DNA of 64,000 nucleotides, taken from assembly GCA_963812605.1 (NCBI GenBank), contig CAWEWF010000014.1:736001-800000 (forward strand), given 5' to 3'. A program made the translations under genes and the position numbers. Shown here in pieces: positions 1-11,178 of the stretch. The notes beneath the pieces are model-generated. The model saw only the letters and a list, made by a program, of their open reading frames with translations, was not told where the DNA came from and ran no database searches. The stretch comes from an uncultured Verrucomicrobiae bacterium. GTDB lineage: Bacteria > Verrucomicrobiota > Verrucomicrobiia > Palsa-1439. Within the stretch, counting starts at the first letter, position 1. Each line of letters starts with the position of its first letter.

Positions 1-1
1 G

Positions 2-385
2 CCCTATCAATTCGAAAAACACTTCACGCTCGAAGAAGCACGGGCCCTGCTGCCTGAACTCCGCGCCATTTTCCGGGATGCGCACCGTCGCCGCGATGTC
101 GTACAAACGACGGACAAGGAACTCGGTCGAGACTTGAAGCAATCGGGCGCCGAAGTCGGTGGTGAAAAGGTTTCGGGCCTCCTGATGGACATGCTGCAGC
201 TCAACCTGCAGTTGCGTCGCATCCAGGAGCTGGGTGTGCAGATCAAGGATTTCGACCGCGGACTCGTTGATTTTCCCCACATCCGCGACGGTCGCGAGGT
301 GCACCTTTGTTGGGAACTCGAGGAAGACGACATTGAGTTCTGGCACGACATCGATACAGGCTACGCCGCGCGGGAACGACTGTAG
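2..385 (+). CDS. DUF2203-family protein, start codon just off the window edge
   Basis: Open frame PYQFEKHFTLEEARALLP...IKDFDRGLVDFP...VHLCWELEEDDIEFWH...GYAARERL matches the motifs of this family. Confidence 0.8.
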   Translation, partial: PYQFEKHFTLEEARALLPELRAIFRDAHRRRDVVQTTDKELGRDLKQSGAEVGGEKVSGLLMDMLQLNLQLRRIQELGVQIKDFDRGLVDFPHIRDGREVHLCWELEEDDIEFWHDIDTGYAARERL

Positions 386-415
386 CCGTCCATCAACTCC
401 GTCCTTCACGGACCG

Positions 416-1426
416 CTAGATCCTGCCTTTGTCAGCTTCCTTCGTCGAAAAGGATTCCGGTTTCCAGTCGCCATTCACGTCACGATGAAAAACATCGCGC
501 TGCAGAACCTTGGTGCCATCAGGTTGTCGGACTTCGTGTTCGACGACCTTGCGCTGCGGAACGAGAGGCTCCTGAAGCGCGTTCCCGGTTTTCTCCGAAT
601 AGATCGAACGACCGCTTTCAATCGTTTCCCGGGTCAGGGAACCATTGGGGCCAGTTGTTTCCGTGGTGGTCGTGCGACCGCTCAACTCCCAGCCGGTTCG
701 ACCGGGAGTGAGTGTGGTACTTTCAATCTGTTTGGTCCCACCCTGCGTAGTAATAGAAGTGGTCTCTTGTGCGGTGACCGCGAGCTTCCCGGTAAGATGA
801 TCCGTCTCCACGGTTTTAGAAGTGATGATCTTGTCATTCGGCCCGTGGTCGACGGCCACCTCTTCTTTCTGCGTCTTGAGCACCAGGTTGCCGTTGATAT
901 CCGGAACTCTCTCCTGGCTTGTCGTGGTGGCCGTGCCATTCGCGCCCTTCACCGTGTTCGCGTCCACGACCCGATCCAGGACAAGCTGCCCGCTACTGTT
1001 GCGGGTATACATTTTGGTTTGATCAATGTCCCCCGAGGGTGACTTGGTAACCGTCTCGTCCGTGTGCCGGGAAACGCGATCCTGTCCCTGCCGGTCTTTT
1101 TCGACGACATCGGTAGAACTGACCGACACGTCGGGCGAGAGATCTTTCTTGGTGGCCGTGCTCCGTTGCCACTCAAAGTAACTGCCGTCGTTGAGGCGGG
1201 CCCGCGTGACCGATTCCGTGCGTTGGGTCGTGGGGTCAACTTTCGTTTCCTTGCTCTCTTTGATGAGCGGAACAATATTCCGATCGCCGGTATTGATAGT
1301 GACCTCGGAATGCGTGGCGGAGTTGTCCGCCGATTCGGTGCCGCGGACGATCACCTGCGCGGAAGTCGTGCTGGTGGCCGCGAAAGCAGCTAAACCAAAG
1401 GCTAGAACAATGGTGCGTAGCTTCAT
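416..1426 (-). CDS. Secreted Thr-rich hypothetical protein
   Basis: 336-aa ORF with N-terminal signal peptide (MKLRTIVLAFGLAAFAATSTTSA) and repetitive beta-strand-like segments. Confidence 0.65.
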   Translation of the reverse strand: MKLRTIVLAFGLAAFAATSTTSAQVIVRGTESADNSATHSEVTINTGDRNIVPLIKESKETKVDPTTQRTESVTRARLNDGSYFEWQRSTATKKDLSPDVSVSSTDVVEKDRQGQDRVSRHTDETVTKSPSGDIDQTKMYTRNSSGQLVLDRVVDANTVKGANGTATTTSQERVPDINGNLVLKTQKEEVAVDHGPNDKIITSKTVETDHLTGKLAVTAQETTSITTQGGTKQIESTTLTPGRTGWELSGRTTTTETTGPNGSLTRETIESGRSIYSEKTGNALQEPLVPQRKVVEHEVRQPDGTKVLQRDVFHRDVNGDWKPESFSTKEADKGRI

Positions 1427-1602
1427 AATGGTTTCCTATCTAAAGGCAAACTACCTACATTTCCGGGCATTTCGCAAGTGCCAAAGCTAAATGAATCTAC
1501 CGACAAGCCAAGGCTTTTAATGATGAACTGGAGGTCGTGAGTCGCATAGGGCCGATACCCGATAAGATTATACATGCCCGGACTCCCGGCCTCAACATAA
1601 CG

Positions 1603-2334
1603 TCACCGCTGGCACTGTGGGCAGAAATACGTGCTACGCTGCGCCTGTATCATTCGGCGGATCGCTTTCCCACAACGACGACACGGCTTTCCCGCCCGCT
1701 CGTACGCGGCAAATTGTTGCACCTCGAAAATGCGCGGGCCATACTTGATCGCCTTCCGCAACGATGTCACAATGGCCCGTTCCAGCGCACGCACTTCCCT
1801 CGGGCGCAGCCGATCGGCGCGGCGTCCTGGATGGACCCGTGCCCGCCAGAGCGACTCGCTTGCGTAAATATTACCGACACCCGCCACCATCCGTTGATCG
1901 AGCAGGGCGACTTTGACCGGACGGGAGGTCTGGCGCAATCGCGAAAGATCGCAGCCGTCCGCAATCGGATCAGGTCCCAGCGCGGCCAAAGCTTGTTGAA
2001 GTTTCGTAGATGTCATCACTTGCATCACCCCGAATCGTCGACCATCCTCAAAATACGCCGTCCCCTTCCCCGTTCGAATCGCCACGCGGTACCGCTTCGG
2101 TTCTGTGAACTCGAACCAACCCGTCATGCGCAGGTGCACGAGCAAATGCAGCCCGCCCGACAGGTCGAAGATAATGTTCTTGCCGCGGCGCCAGACACGC
2201 AAAATCCTCCGACCGACAACATCCTGCCGCAGCTTGATCTTGGGATCGCGAACGTCAACCGTCTGTATCCGCGCCCCCTCCAGACGCGGCCGCAGTTGAT
2301 TCACCAGGATTTGCACTTCAGGAAGTTCCGGCAT
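1603..2334 (-). CDS. mutM: Formamidopyrimidine-DNA glycosylase (Fpg/Nei family)
   Basis: N-terminal MPELPEV, HLRMTG, H2TH motif GVGNIYASE, C-terminal zinc finger CRRC...CPQCQ. Confidence 0.93.
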   Translation of the reverse strand: MPELPEVQILVNQLRPRLEGARIQTVDVRDPKIKLRQDVVGRRILRVWRRGKNIIFDLSGGLHLLVHLRMTGWFEFTEPKRYRVAIRTGKGTAYFEDGRRFGVMQVMTSTKLQQALAALGPDPIADGCDLSRLRQTSRPVKVALLDQRMVAGVGNIYASESLWRARVHPGRRADRLRPREVRALERAIVTSLRKAIKYGPRIFEVQQFAAYERAGKPCRRCGKAIRRMIQAQRSTYFCPQCQR

Positions 2335-2371
2335 TGTCGGTTCGCTGTCTTCCACTTCATCACTGTGGCAA

Positions 2372-2403
2372 GCCTGCCCGCCGTAGCTGCGAGTGAAGGC
2401 GGG
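2372..2403. repeat. REP-like palindrome just past the tRNA 3' end
   Basis: CCCGCC-GTAGCTGCGAGTGAA-GGCGGG imperfect inverted repeat. Confidence 0.4.
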
Positions 2404-2490
2404 TGCCCGGGGAGGGATTCGAACCCACACGGTGATGTAACTCACCTTCGGATTTTAAGTCCGATGCGTCTGCCGTTCCGCCACCCGGGC
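2404..2490 (-). tRNA. tRNA-Leu(TAA), canonical housekeeping type
   Basis: Reverse complement folds as GCCCGGG acceptor, GG-containing D loop, anticodon loop CTTAAAA, long variable arm, T loop TTCGAAT. Confidence 0.95.
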
Positions 2491-2726
2491 ATTTAGCTCG
2501 TGCTGATTTTGCGCCCTGCCAATTCTTGCACAGTGCGCACTTCCATGCCAGTCATAATCAGGCGCAAGAGCGGGGTTGGCATGGTACTGCACGACGTTCG
2601 GCTTCGGCAGCGGTGTTTCTGCAACCTGGGCGCAATGAGTCAAAAGGTCTTCCTTCGGCTATGCATTCTTGATAGATTGTTGTCTCGAAATCACTTTCAC
2701 CGTCAGAGCCAAAGGGCCGGTACCCA

Positions 2727-5700
2727 ATGCTTGAATGGTTAAAAGCACAGTTCGGCGGGCACGATTTTCAGAACCGGGCCGGCCTCACTTCGCCGCATCT
2801 CAATCTGCTGGTCGATGACCTCCGGCAACTGGACACCGTACGCGCCGGGTTATCAGGCCGGGCAACCCGATATGTCCTGGATCATGAAGGGGCGGAGGTG
2901 TTGCTGGAATTGGGAGGGCTTAAGGGCTGCGGTACGGCGCTGGATCTCTCCTGCTGCGCCCGTTTCGGTCTTTCAAAGAACAAGAACCAAAGTCGGCAAC
3001 AACTCCTGGGAACCACCGAGTATTCCGACGCGCACTTCTATCTCCGCCTCGCCAAGGTCTATGAAGCCGCTGCTCGCCGCGAACAAAACCATTTCCTGTT
3101 CCCAACGCTGTCTGGTGGCGCCGAGTGGATGGAGATTCTGCTGCGCGAAGCGACGATGCCCAAACCCAACACGTGGCCCCGAAAACATTTGCCACCGGCC
3201 CTTCCAATCGATGTCTTCGAAGCCATGTTGGTGGCCGACGACCGGCCGGCAGATTTGCTCATGCGGGCCGCGTTTTTGCCTGACTTGAAGCATAATTACT
3301 CACTGCATCTGTCAGGTTTGTTCACCTGCCTTAAGGGTTTCGCGGAGAATGTACTGAAACACCCGCAAGTGGTCATCGAGACGATGAACCAAAAGGATTT
3401 CAATCTTCGTGTTCATGCTCTGCACCTGCTCAGCAAGTACCAGGTCCCGTCAGAAATCTTTGCCGGACAAATCGTGGAACTGGCGGTCAGTCAATCCAAG
3501 CAGGTCCGTGAAGCCGCGGAAGTGGTCTTGAACCGGATACCGGAAACTGCGGTGCCGTTGATTGAAAAAATGACCATTGAAGGGACCAACGAACAGCGCG
3601 CTTTGGCCGTGCGTCGGCTGTGGGCGACGCAGGGTGAAACCTGCCGGAGCTTTCTCGAATCGAGAATAGAGCGGGACTCGTCGAAAAAGGTCGCTCAGAT
3701 AATTCGAGATCTGCTGACTGTGCCAGCAACAACGGCCGTCACGGCACAAGAGCCTGCCATTGAACTACCACCGCTGCCACCGGTAAAGGTCCGCGCGCCG
3801 CTTGGGGACGAGGCGCGCGCCGTGTTAATCAACTGCTACGAAGAGGCAAATCACGAAGCGAAACAAGCCCACGCGCGACACGTGGCTACCAGCAAAGGAC
3901 AACATAAGGCCGCTCCGCCCTGGCTGGTGACCCGGTCCAATCTCGATCAGGGATTCGAACTGCTGGAGTGCATGACTTGTTCCAAAATCCAGATTCAGCC
4001 GATTCTCCGACTGCCTGCGTGGTCCTCGGGGTTGAAAGGGATCAAGACCTTCCTGGCCCGGCCCGAGGTCGAGTTGATTCATTGCACGCGGTTGTTGATT
4101 CTGATGGGGATCATTCATCCTTGGGATGAGAATCAGCGGCGCATACTAAGTTGGAATTACGATCAACTACTGAACCATTACCGGCGCCATCATCGACCGC
4201 CGTTTGGCATGCGTGAGTTGGCAGCTGTATTCAAGGCGATCGGCTTAGACGACACGGTGATTGGCTGGGCGAAAGTGGATGCGTCTTACCGGCCCGTAAT
4301 GCAGTGGGAAACCGATGCGATCTGGCCGTACTTCGCCGAACGGGTGAACCTTCTTCAGGAGGCGTTCCAAAATGTGTCCACAGGCGAGCGGTTCGAAGAT
4401 TACCTGCGCCGTGACCGGCGAATCAACGCGTTCGAGATTCTTGCCATGTTTCCCCAACTGCCACCGGTATTCCTGCCCATGCTCTGGGAGGTGGCGCTCG
4501 GTTCGTCAAAGACAGAGCGTCCGCTTGCCCAGCAATGTCTCGACAAGCTGCCGGGCAAGGAAGAGAAGATCGTCAACGCGCTCGCCAGCGGCCAGCAGGA
4601 GACGCGCGCCGTTGCCGCCGAATGGCTGGGCCGACTGAAGACACCAGAGGCGATTCCCCATCTACAAGCGGCCTTGAAGAAGGAGAAAAGTGAAGTTGCC
4701 AAGGGCGCGATGATGGGCGCCCTGGAGGCCATGGGCGTTCCCATTGAACAGTTTCTTGACCGCGCGAGCCTCGTGAAAGAAGCCCAAAAGGGCCTGGCGA
4801 AAGGTGTGCCGCCAGGATTGAGCTGGGTTCCATTTCAACTTCTGCCGGCGGCCCATTGGGAGGACACAGGCGCACCCGTGCCAGCCGAGGTACTTACGTG
4901 GTTCATTGTGCAGGGCTACAAACTCAAAAGCGCCGAACCAAATCCGTTGCTGCGCCGGTATTGTTCGTACTTTCGAAAGCATGAACGCGAGGCGCTGGGA
5001 CAATTCATTCTTCAAAGTTGGATCGCGCAGGACACGTTACCCGCCCACACTCACGAAGAAGCCGCGCAACTGGCCGAACAACAGGCAAACCGATCCCTCT
5101 CGTTCTGGACGCAATACGCCCAGCGGCACGCGAAATTGAATCCCACCCAACCAGTCGCGCAGGCACCGACCAAGGATGATCTGTACCGTCAGTTTCTCAA
5201 CGGATTGTTGTCCAAATGCAAAGCTTCGGCGATTGACCAAAAGGGCGTTTTGGCGCTGGCCGGCGCGTGCTGCGGCGCGCCCGCTGTCCCCGTCGTCAAA
5301 CGGTACCTAAAGGAGTGGTATGGTATCCGCGGCGCGCAATGCAAGGCGTTGATCCAAATGCTCGCGTGGGTCGAGCATCCTGCTGCGATTCAACTGCTGC
5401 TATCGGTGGGAAACCGGTTCCGAACGAAGGGGATTCGGGAAGAGGCTGAAAAGTATGTCCAGTTATTGGCTGAGCGCAAGGGCTGGACGCGCGATGAACT
5501 GGCCGACCGCACTATCCCGACCGCCGGATTCGACGAGGAAGGAAAACTCGAAATCGACTATGGCGCCCGGAAATTCTTCGCGACACTCGGACCTGAGTTC
5601 GAGTTGGTCCTCACCAACGAGGAGGGCAAGGCCATTACTTCCCTGCCGGAACCGCGCCAGGACGAGGACGTAGCGAAAGTCAAGGAGGCCAAACAGAAAC

Positions 5701-6479
5701 TGTCGGCCGCCAGGAAGGAATTAAAGTCCGTACTCCAGTTGCAAAAGGAGCGCTTGTACGAAGCCATGTGCACGCAACGGAGTTGGCCGTTCCACGAGTG
5801 GGAGACCTATCTCAACCGCCATTCCATTGCCGGCCGGTATTGCCAGGGTCTCGTGTGGACCGCGTTCCGTAATGACCAGGCGGCATCGACATTTCGGCCG
5901 CTGGCCGACGGCAGCCTGACCGATTGCGAGGATAATGCGGTCAGCGTCGAGCCAAATGCGGTCATCCGGTTGGCGCATGACTGCAATACAACGGAAGCCT
6001 TGCGACGCGGTTGGCGGCAGCATTTCTCCGACTACAATGTTGCCCCACTTTTCGAACAGTTTGACAAGCAGGGTTACACGCTATCGGAGGAAAACAAGGG
6101 GGAAACAACCATCACCGGCTTCGAGGGCCATCTTGTGGAGGCTTTCAAACTCCGCGGTCGCGCTACCAAACTCGGTTACACGCGCGGTCAAGCCCAGGAT
6201 GGCGGGTGGTTTTTCGAGTACAAAAAGAACTTTCCCAGCCTTGGCTTGGAAGCGATCGTTGAATTCACCGGTAACGGCCTGCCCGAGGAGAACCGTACCG
6301 TGGCACTGCGCAACCTGCGATTTGAGCGGCGCGCCACCGGTGAGTCCACCGAATCCGAAGGTGTTCCGCTAGGTGAGATTCCGCCGGTATTGCTGAGCGA
6401 ATGTTGGAACGATCTGCGCCTGGCTGCCGCTGAAGGGACTGGATTCGACCCCGATTGGGAAAAGAAAACCGCTTACTGA
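2727..6479 (+). CDS. HEAT-repeat and DUF4132 domain protein (YehI/MolR-like)
   Basis: HEAT-like repeats (RAVAAEWLGRL...AIPHLQAAL); C-terminal ELADRTIPTAGFD...ERLYEAMCTQRSW...PLFEQF typical of DUF4132; operon context. Confidence 0.8.
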   Translation: MLEWLKAQFGGHDFQNRAGLTSPHLNLLVDDLRQLDTVRAGLSGRATRYVLDHEGAEVLLELGGLKGCGTALDLSCCARFGLSKNKNQSRQQLLGTTEYSDAHFYLRLAKVYEAAARREQNHFLFPTLSGGAEWMEILLREATMPKPNTWPRKHLPPALPIDVFEAMLVADDRPADLLMRAAFLPDLKHNYSLHLSGLFTCLKGFAENVLKHPQVVIETMNQKDFNLRVHALHLLSKYQVPSEIFAGQIVELAVSQSKQVREAAEVVLNRIPETAVPLIEKMTIEGTNEQRALAVRRLWATQGETCRSFLESRIERDSSKKVAQIIRDLLTVPATTAVTAQEPAIELPPLPPVKVRAPLGDEARAVLINCYEEANHEAKQAHARHVATSKGQHKAAPPWLVTRSNLDQGFELLECMTCSKIQIQPILRLPAWSSGLKGIKTFLARPEVELIHCTRLLILMGIIHPWDENQRRILSWNYDQLLNHYRRHHRPPFGMRELAAVFKAIGLDDTVIGWAKVDASYRPVMQWETDAIWPYFAERVNLLQEAFQNVSTGERFEDYLRRDRRINAFEILAMFPQLPPVFLPMLWEVALGSSKTERPLAQQCLDKLPGKEEKIVNALASGQQETRAVAAEWLGRLKTPEAIPHLQAALKKEKSEVAKGAMMGALEAMGVPIEQFLDRASLVKEAQKGLAKGVPPGLSWVPFQLLPAAHWEDTGAPVPAEVLTWFIVQGYKLKSAEPNPLLRRYCSYFRKHEREALGQFILQSWIAQDTLPAHTHEEAAQLAEQQANRSLSFWTQYAQRHAKLNPTQPVAQAPTKDDLYRQFLNGLLSKCKASAIDQKGVLALAGACCGAPAVPVVKRYLKEWYGIRGAQCKALIQMLAWVEHPAAIQLLLSVGNRFRTKGIREEAEKYVQLLAERKGWTRDELADRTIPTAGFDEEGKLEIDYGARKFFATLGPEFELVLTNEEGKAITSLPEPRQDEDVAKVKEAKQKLSAARKELKSVLQLQKERLYEAMCTQRSWPFHEWETYLNRHSIAGRYCQGLVWTAFRNDQAASTFRPLADGSLTDCEDNAVSVEPNAVIRLAHDCNTTEALRRGWRQHFSDYNVAPLFEQFDKQGYTLSEENKGETTITGFEGHLVEAFKLRGRATKLGYTRGQAQDGGWFFEYKKNFPSLGLEAIVEFTGNGLPEENRTVALRNLRFERRATGESTESEGVPLGEIPPVLLSECWNDLRLAAAEGTGFDPDWEKKTAY

Positions 6480-6487
6480 CTCGATCT

Positions 6488-7588
6488 ATGACATCCGCTA
6501 CCACGCCAAACATCGTACGCCAACCAGCCGAAGTTCAATTCGCTGCGGAACTTGCGGCGCTGGCCACGCAAGATGCCGGGCCGAAACCGCCGGGTTGGAA
6601 GCTGTCGCCGCAATCGGTGCGCAAGTTTATTCTCGGTTCCGGCACGGACATCCGAAGAAAATTCTACGGCGATGACGCGTTGATCGATCGCTGCATCGTC
6701 ACGCTGATCGGCAATCGCGGTCTCATGCTGGTCGGCGAACCCGGAACGGCCAAGTCGATGCTCTCCGAATTGCTTGCGGCTGCCATATCGGGCGACTCCA
6801 CCAACACGATTCAGGGTACGGCTGGTACGACGGAGGACCAGATCAAGTATTCGTGGAACTATGCCCTGCTGCTCGCGGAAGGCCCCAGCGAGCGCGCCCT
6901 GGTGCCGTCGCCACTTTACATCGGCATGAAACAGGGCGCTGTAGTGCGGTTTGAGGAGATTACCCGGTGCCAGCCGGAGATTCAGGATTCGATGGTTAGC
7001 ATCCTGTCGGACAAAATCATGCACATCGCGGAGCTTGGCAATGACCATTCGGTGATGTTCGCCGCGAAAGGCTTCAACGTCCTTGCCACCGCCAACATTC
7101 GTGACCGCGGCGTGCACGAGATGTCCAGCGCTCTGAAACGGCGTTTTAACTTCGAGACCGTCAACCCGATTGCGGACAAGTCGCTGGAATTGCAGTTGGT
7201 GAAGGAACAAGCCGAGATGTTGCTGACAGAAGCCCAGGTCAGCGTCGAATGCTCGCTCGACGTGATTGATCTGTTGGTGACGACGTTCCACGATCTTCGC
7301 CAGGGACAAACGGAGGAAGGCACGGTTGTGGACCGTCCTTCCACTGTCATGTCCACGGCGGAAGCCGTCGCCGTGGGTTTTTCCGCGGGCCTGGACGCGT
7401 ACTATTTTGGTAACGGCAAGCTCCAGAGCGAACACATTGCTCGTCAACTCGTCGGGACGGTTCTCAAGGACAACCCCGAGGACGCCAAGAAGTTGAAGCA
7501 CTACTTCGACGTGGTGGTCAAGGCGCGCTCGAAAAAGAACAAGGCCTGGAGCGCGTACTTCGAGGCTCGCAAGTGGTTGACCGGCTGA
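6488..7588 (+). CDS. MoxR-type AAA+ ATPase (YehL-like)
   Basis: Walker A GEPGTAKS, Walker B region RFEEITRC, ATANIRDRGVHEMSSALKRRF. Confidence 0.88.
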   Translation: MTSATTPNIVRQPAEVQFAAELAALATQDAGPKPPGWKLSPQSVRKFILGSGTDIRRKFYGDDALIDRCIVTLIGNRGLMLVGEPGTAKSMLSELLAAAISGDSTNTIQGTAGTTEDQIKYSWNYALLLAEGPSERALVPSPLYIGMKQGAVVRFEEITRCQPEIQDSMVSILSDKIMHIAELGNDHSVMFAAKGFNVLATANIRDRGVHEMSSALKRRFNFETVNPIADKSLELQLVKEQAEMLLTEAQVSVECSLDVIDLLVTTFHDLRQGQTEEGTVVDRPSTVMSTAEAVAVGFSAGLDAYYFGNGKLQSEHIARQLVGTVLKDNPEDAKKLKHYFDVVVKARSKKNKAWSAYFEARKWLTG

Positions 7589-7593
7589 ACCGC

Positions 7594-10051
7594 ATGTCCT
7601 ACGCACCGGAACTCGAACGCCTCCTTGGTCAGCTCATTAGCGGCGATATCCTGTTCTTTCCGATCCGGCACCATAGTCCGGCCTGTGCCTGGCATCTGCA
7701 GCGGCTAATCGAGCAGTACCGGCGAACGTCGATCCTGGTGGAAGGCCCGGCCAACTTTACTCCGCTTATCCCGTTGATCTTACATCCGCGTACCCGCACT
7801 CCGTTTGCGGTCTACACTACTTACGTGGACACAACCCGTCGCGTCAACAAAAGCCTGGCTAAGGAGCGTGGTGATTTCGGTCCGGCGCGCTTTGCGGCCT
7901 ACTACCCCTTCTGTAACTATTCGCCGGAGTTGGTCGCCTTGCGCTCGGGAATAGCGGCGGGCGCGCGTCTGCAGTTCATCGATCTGGATTATCCTCGCCA
8001 GGTTCTCTCCGAGAAGCCAGCGGATGACCTTCCCGCAGCGCCCCGGGTCGATTCGTTGCTGGAGGAGCGCCATCTCAAACGCAGCGCGTATTTGAAACAA
8101 TTGGCCAAGCGGACCGGCTGTCGGGACCAGGACGAGTTGTGGGACCACTTGTTCGAGGTGAACTATGCCGAGGTTTCGACCGAGACTTTTGTAAAGAACG
8201 TCGCCGCCTACTGCTACATGGCGCGCCACGACTACCTGCCGGACGAACTGGCTGCCGATGGAACACGGGCGCGCGAACAATCAATGGCCAAAGCCATCCG
8301 GGAGGAACGGGCGGCGGGCCGCAGCGGAAACATCCTCGTTGTGACCGGTGGGTTTCACACCGTGGTGCTGCCTGATATGCTTCACAGTGAAACTGACGAG
8401 CAGAAGTTGCCGATACCCGACGGCGAGAGCATTTCGCCGGTACTGATCCGCTACAGCTTTGACCAACTCGATTCGCTGAACGGTTACGCCGCCGGCATGC
8501 CATCCCCGCACTATTACGATCAGTTCTGGGATCGGGCGATCGAAGGCCAGCCGCGCCCGTTCCTGGAAACCGCCGCGAACCTGCTTGTCGAGATCGGCCG
8601 GCTGACACGGGAGAAGTCATTGCCGAACGCGCTGTCCACCGCTGATGAAATCGCAGCCCTGGAGCAGGCGCGGCGCCTGGCGCTCTTGCGCGGTCACGTG
8701 GGCCCGACCCGCGAAGATCTGTTGGATGGCGTGCGCAGTTGTTTCGTCAAGGGTTCGATGGATGCCGAAGGCGCGGTCTTGATGGGGATCGCGCGGCACG
8801 TTCTCTCCGGCACGGCCATCGGCGATATTCCTCCCGAAGCCGGTGCGCCACCGTTGGTGGAGAACTTCCGCGCGGTGGCCATCGAACTGCGTCTCAACAT
8901 TACCGAGTCCGTGCGCCGCAAGCTCTCGCTGGACATCTACCGGAGCGTCGCACACCGGACAATCAGCCGCTTCTTCCATAGTTTGAGTTTTCTTCAAGCG
9001 CCCTTTGCGGCCCTGGTCGCCGGGCCGAACTTCGTGCAGGGCACGGGACTGCAGCGCCTCCAGGAACACTGGGATTACTTCTGGAGTCCACGCACGGAGA
9101 GTGCCCTGGTCGAAGCCTCGGTGTATGGTTCGACGGTTGAAGAGGCTGCCGCCAACCGACTGCGACAGGACGTCATCAATTTGGAGCAACAGGGCCGCGG
9201 CCGTAGCGCCCTGGAAGCGGTCAGGATGCTGGTCATGGCGTGCCGGATGGGGCTGCATCGGCATACGAAGCAGTTGCTCGATCTCATCGCCGGCAATGTC
9301 GTGGAGGATTCCTCTTTCGTGTCCGTCGTGCAGGCAATGAACCAGCTTTTGTTGCTGTGGCAGTCGCGCGAGCCGTTGGAAGCGCATCATCTGCCGGAGA
9401 TTCCATCCCTGTTGCGCATCGCCTACGAACGCGCGTGTTATCTCGTGCGCGGCCTTGCCAGTTCTCCGCAGGAAGAAATCTACAGCGTCCTCCAAGCCTT
9501 CAACACCATTCGCGAAGCGCTGGCCGCCGTGAAAGACGATCTTCTGGACGCGGACCTCTTCTGGCAGGAAGTGGCCGCGCTGCCCGCTATCCGCCCGGCC
9601 AATTCGGCGGTAGTGGGTGGCGCCGCCGGGCTCGTTATACGGCGACAACCGCCTTAGCGAGAAGATGTTGCTCGAAATGATGCTCGGTCATTTGGATGCA
9701 GCAACCTCCGACAACCGATCAAAGGTCGGATTCGTCATCGGGCTGCTGCGAACGTGCCGGGAGGTGGCCTGGCAACAACACGCGTTGCTCGAAGCCATCG
9801 ACCAACTTCTTGCCTCGTGGGACGAGCACGAGTTCATTCGTCTTTTGCCGGAGCTGCGGATTGCGTTCGCCGGCCTCACACCGCGTGAGACCGACCGCGT
9901 GGCCGGTGCCGTTGCCGGGCTACACGGGCAAAAGGATCTCGGTGAGTTGATTCATTACGACATCAACCAGGCCGCTTTGTCCTTTCATCTGAACGTCACG
10001 CAGGAAGTGCTGCGCAGTCTGGAGCACGATCAATTGGCTGACTGGGCATGA
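7594..10051 (+). CDS. DUF5682/YehM-like protein, split by a frameshift near 9640
   Basis: IRHHSPACA, LVEGP, VTGGFH and GYAAGMPSP motifs; C-terminal part continues in ORF 9617-10051. Confidence 0.8.
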
Positions 10052-11178
10052 GTGTGATCTCCTCCAATCCGTTGAGCCGGTGGCGGCTGGTGCTGGGCAA
10101 GTATGCCGCCGATCGCCTGCCGTCCGGGCTCTCGGAGACGGAACAACGCATCGAGACCGCTCTCGATTATCTGTACTCACGCGAGTATCGGGGCCGCGGG
10201 ATGCGCGAAAAGGAAAAGGAGCCGGGCTCACTGGATGCCTCCCAGTTGAATATCCCCGCCTGGCTCGCCGAAGTACGGGAACTTTTTCCGAAAGAGACCG
10301 TGGAAGTCATCGAGAAACACGCGCTCGACCGTTATGGCATGACGGAATTGGTCACCGACCGGGAGGTCCTGAAAAAGCTCCAGCCAAATCTCGATTTACT
10401 CAAGGCCATCCTCACGTTCCGCGGGCATATGAAAGAAGACGTACTCGCCGAAGCGCGGCGGCTGGTGCGGCACGTTGTCGAGGAGATCAAACTGAAAATG
10501 GAACCGGAAGTTCGACGGGCTTTGGCCGGCAAGCTCAATCGATTTCGGCATTCCAATCTCAAGGTTGCGCAGAATTTCGACTGGCGCGGCTCGCTGCGAA
10601 AGAACCTCAAGAATTATGACCCGATCCGGCAGAAGATCATAGTGCAGGACGTGCAATTCTTCTCGCGCAACGAACGCCGGCTGCCCTGGCACATTATCCT
10701 GTGCATCGATCAGAGCGGCAGCATGGCCAGTTCGGTCATCCACAGCGCCGTGATGGCGGGTATTCTGACGAGTCTGCCCATGCTACGGGTGAAACTGGTC
10801 GTGTTCGACACTTCGATCGTCGATCTCAGCGAGCATGTGGACGATTCGGTGGAAGTTCTGATGAACGTACAACTCGGTGGCGGCACGGACATCGGGCAGG
10901 CGCTGACCTATTGCGAAGGTTTGGTCGAGAACCCCAAACGCACGGTCGTGGTGTTGGTCAGCGACTTCGCCGAAGGCGCATCGCCGGCGCGGCTGCTGGA
11001 TACATGCCGACGCTTGCGCGAGGCCGGCGTCATCCTGTTGGGACTGGCTGCGCTCGACGAACAAGCCAACGCGTCCTACGACGTGAAGATGGCCGAACGG
11101 CTGGCTGAAATCGGCATGGAAATCGCCGCACTGACCCCGAAACGATTGGCCCAATGGCTGGCGAAAGTCATATCCTAG
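10048..11178 (+). CDS. VWA domain protein (YehP/CoxE-like)
   Basis: RWRLVLG N-terminus, MIDAS motif DQSGSM, LGGGTDI, VLVSDFAEG. Confidence 0.88.
   Translation: MSVISSNPLSRWRLVLGKYAADRLPSGLSETEQRIETALDYLYSREYRGRGMREKEKEPGSLDASQLNIPAWLAEVRELFPKETVEVIEKHALDRYGMTELVTDREVLKKLQPNLDLLKAILTFRGHMKEDVLAEARRLVRHVVEEIKLKMEPEVRRALAGKLNRFRHSNLKVAQNFDWRGSLRKNLKNYDPIRQKIIVQDVQFFSRNERRLPWHIILCIDQSGSMASSVIHSAVMAGILTSLPMLRVKLVVFDTSIVDLSEHVDDSVEVLMNVQLGGGTDIGQALTYCEGLVENPKRTVVVLVSDFAEGASPARLLDTCRRLREAGVILLGLAALDEQANASYDVKMAERLAEIGMEIAALTPKRLAQWLAKVIS

Noticed and set aside
2404-2490. tRNA-Leu as integration site for a 2.7-21 kb island
   Set aside because: Its 3' end points away from the block, and I saw no integrase or duplicated att sequence.
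2530-2592. Sigma54 promoters (TGGCATGG...TGC on both strands; similar near 24565)
   Set aside because: The GG-to-GC spacing is 9 nt rather than the required 10.
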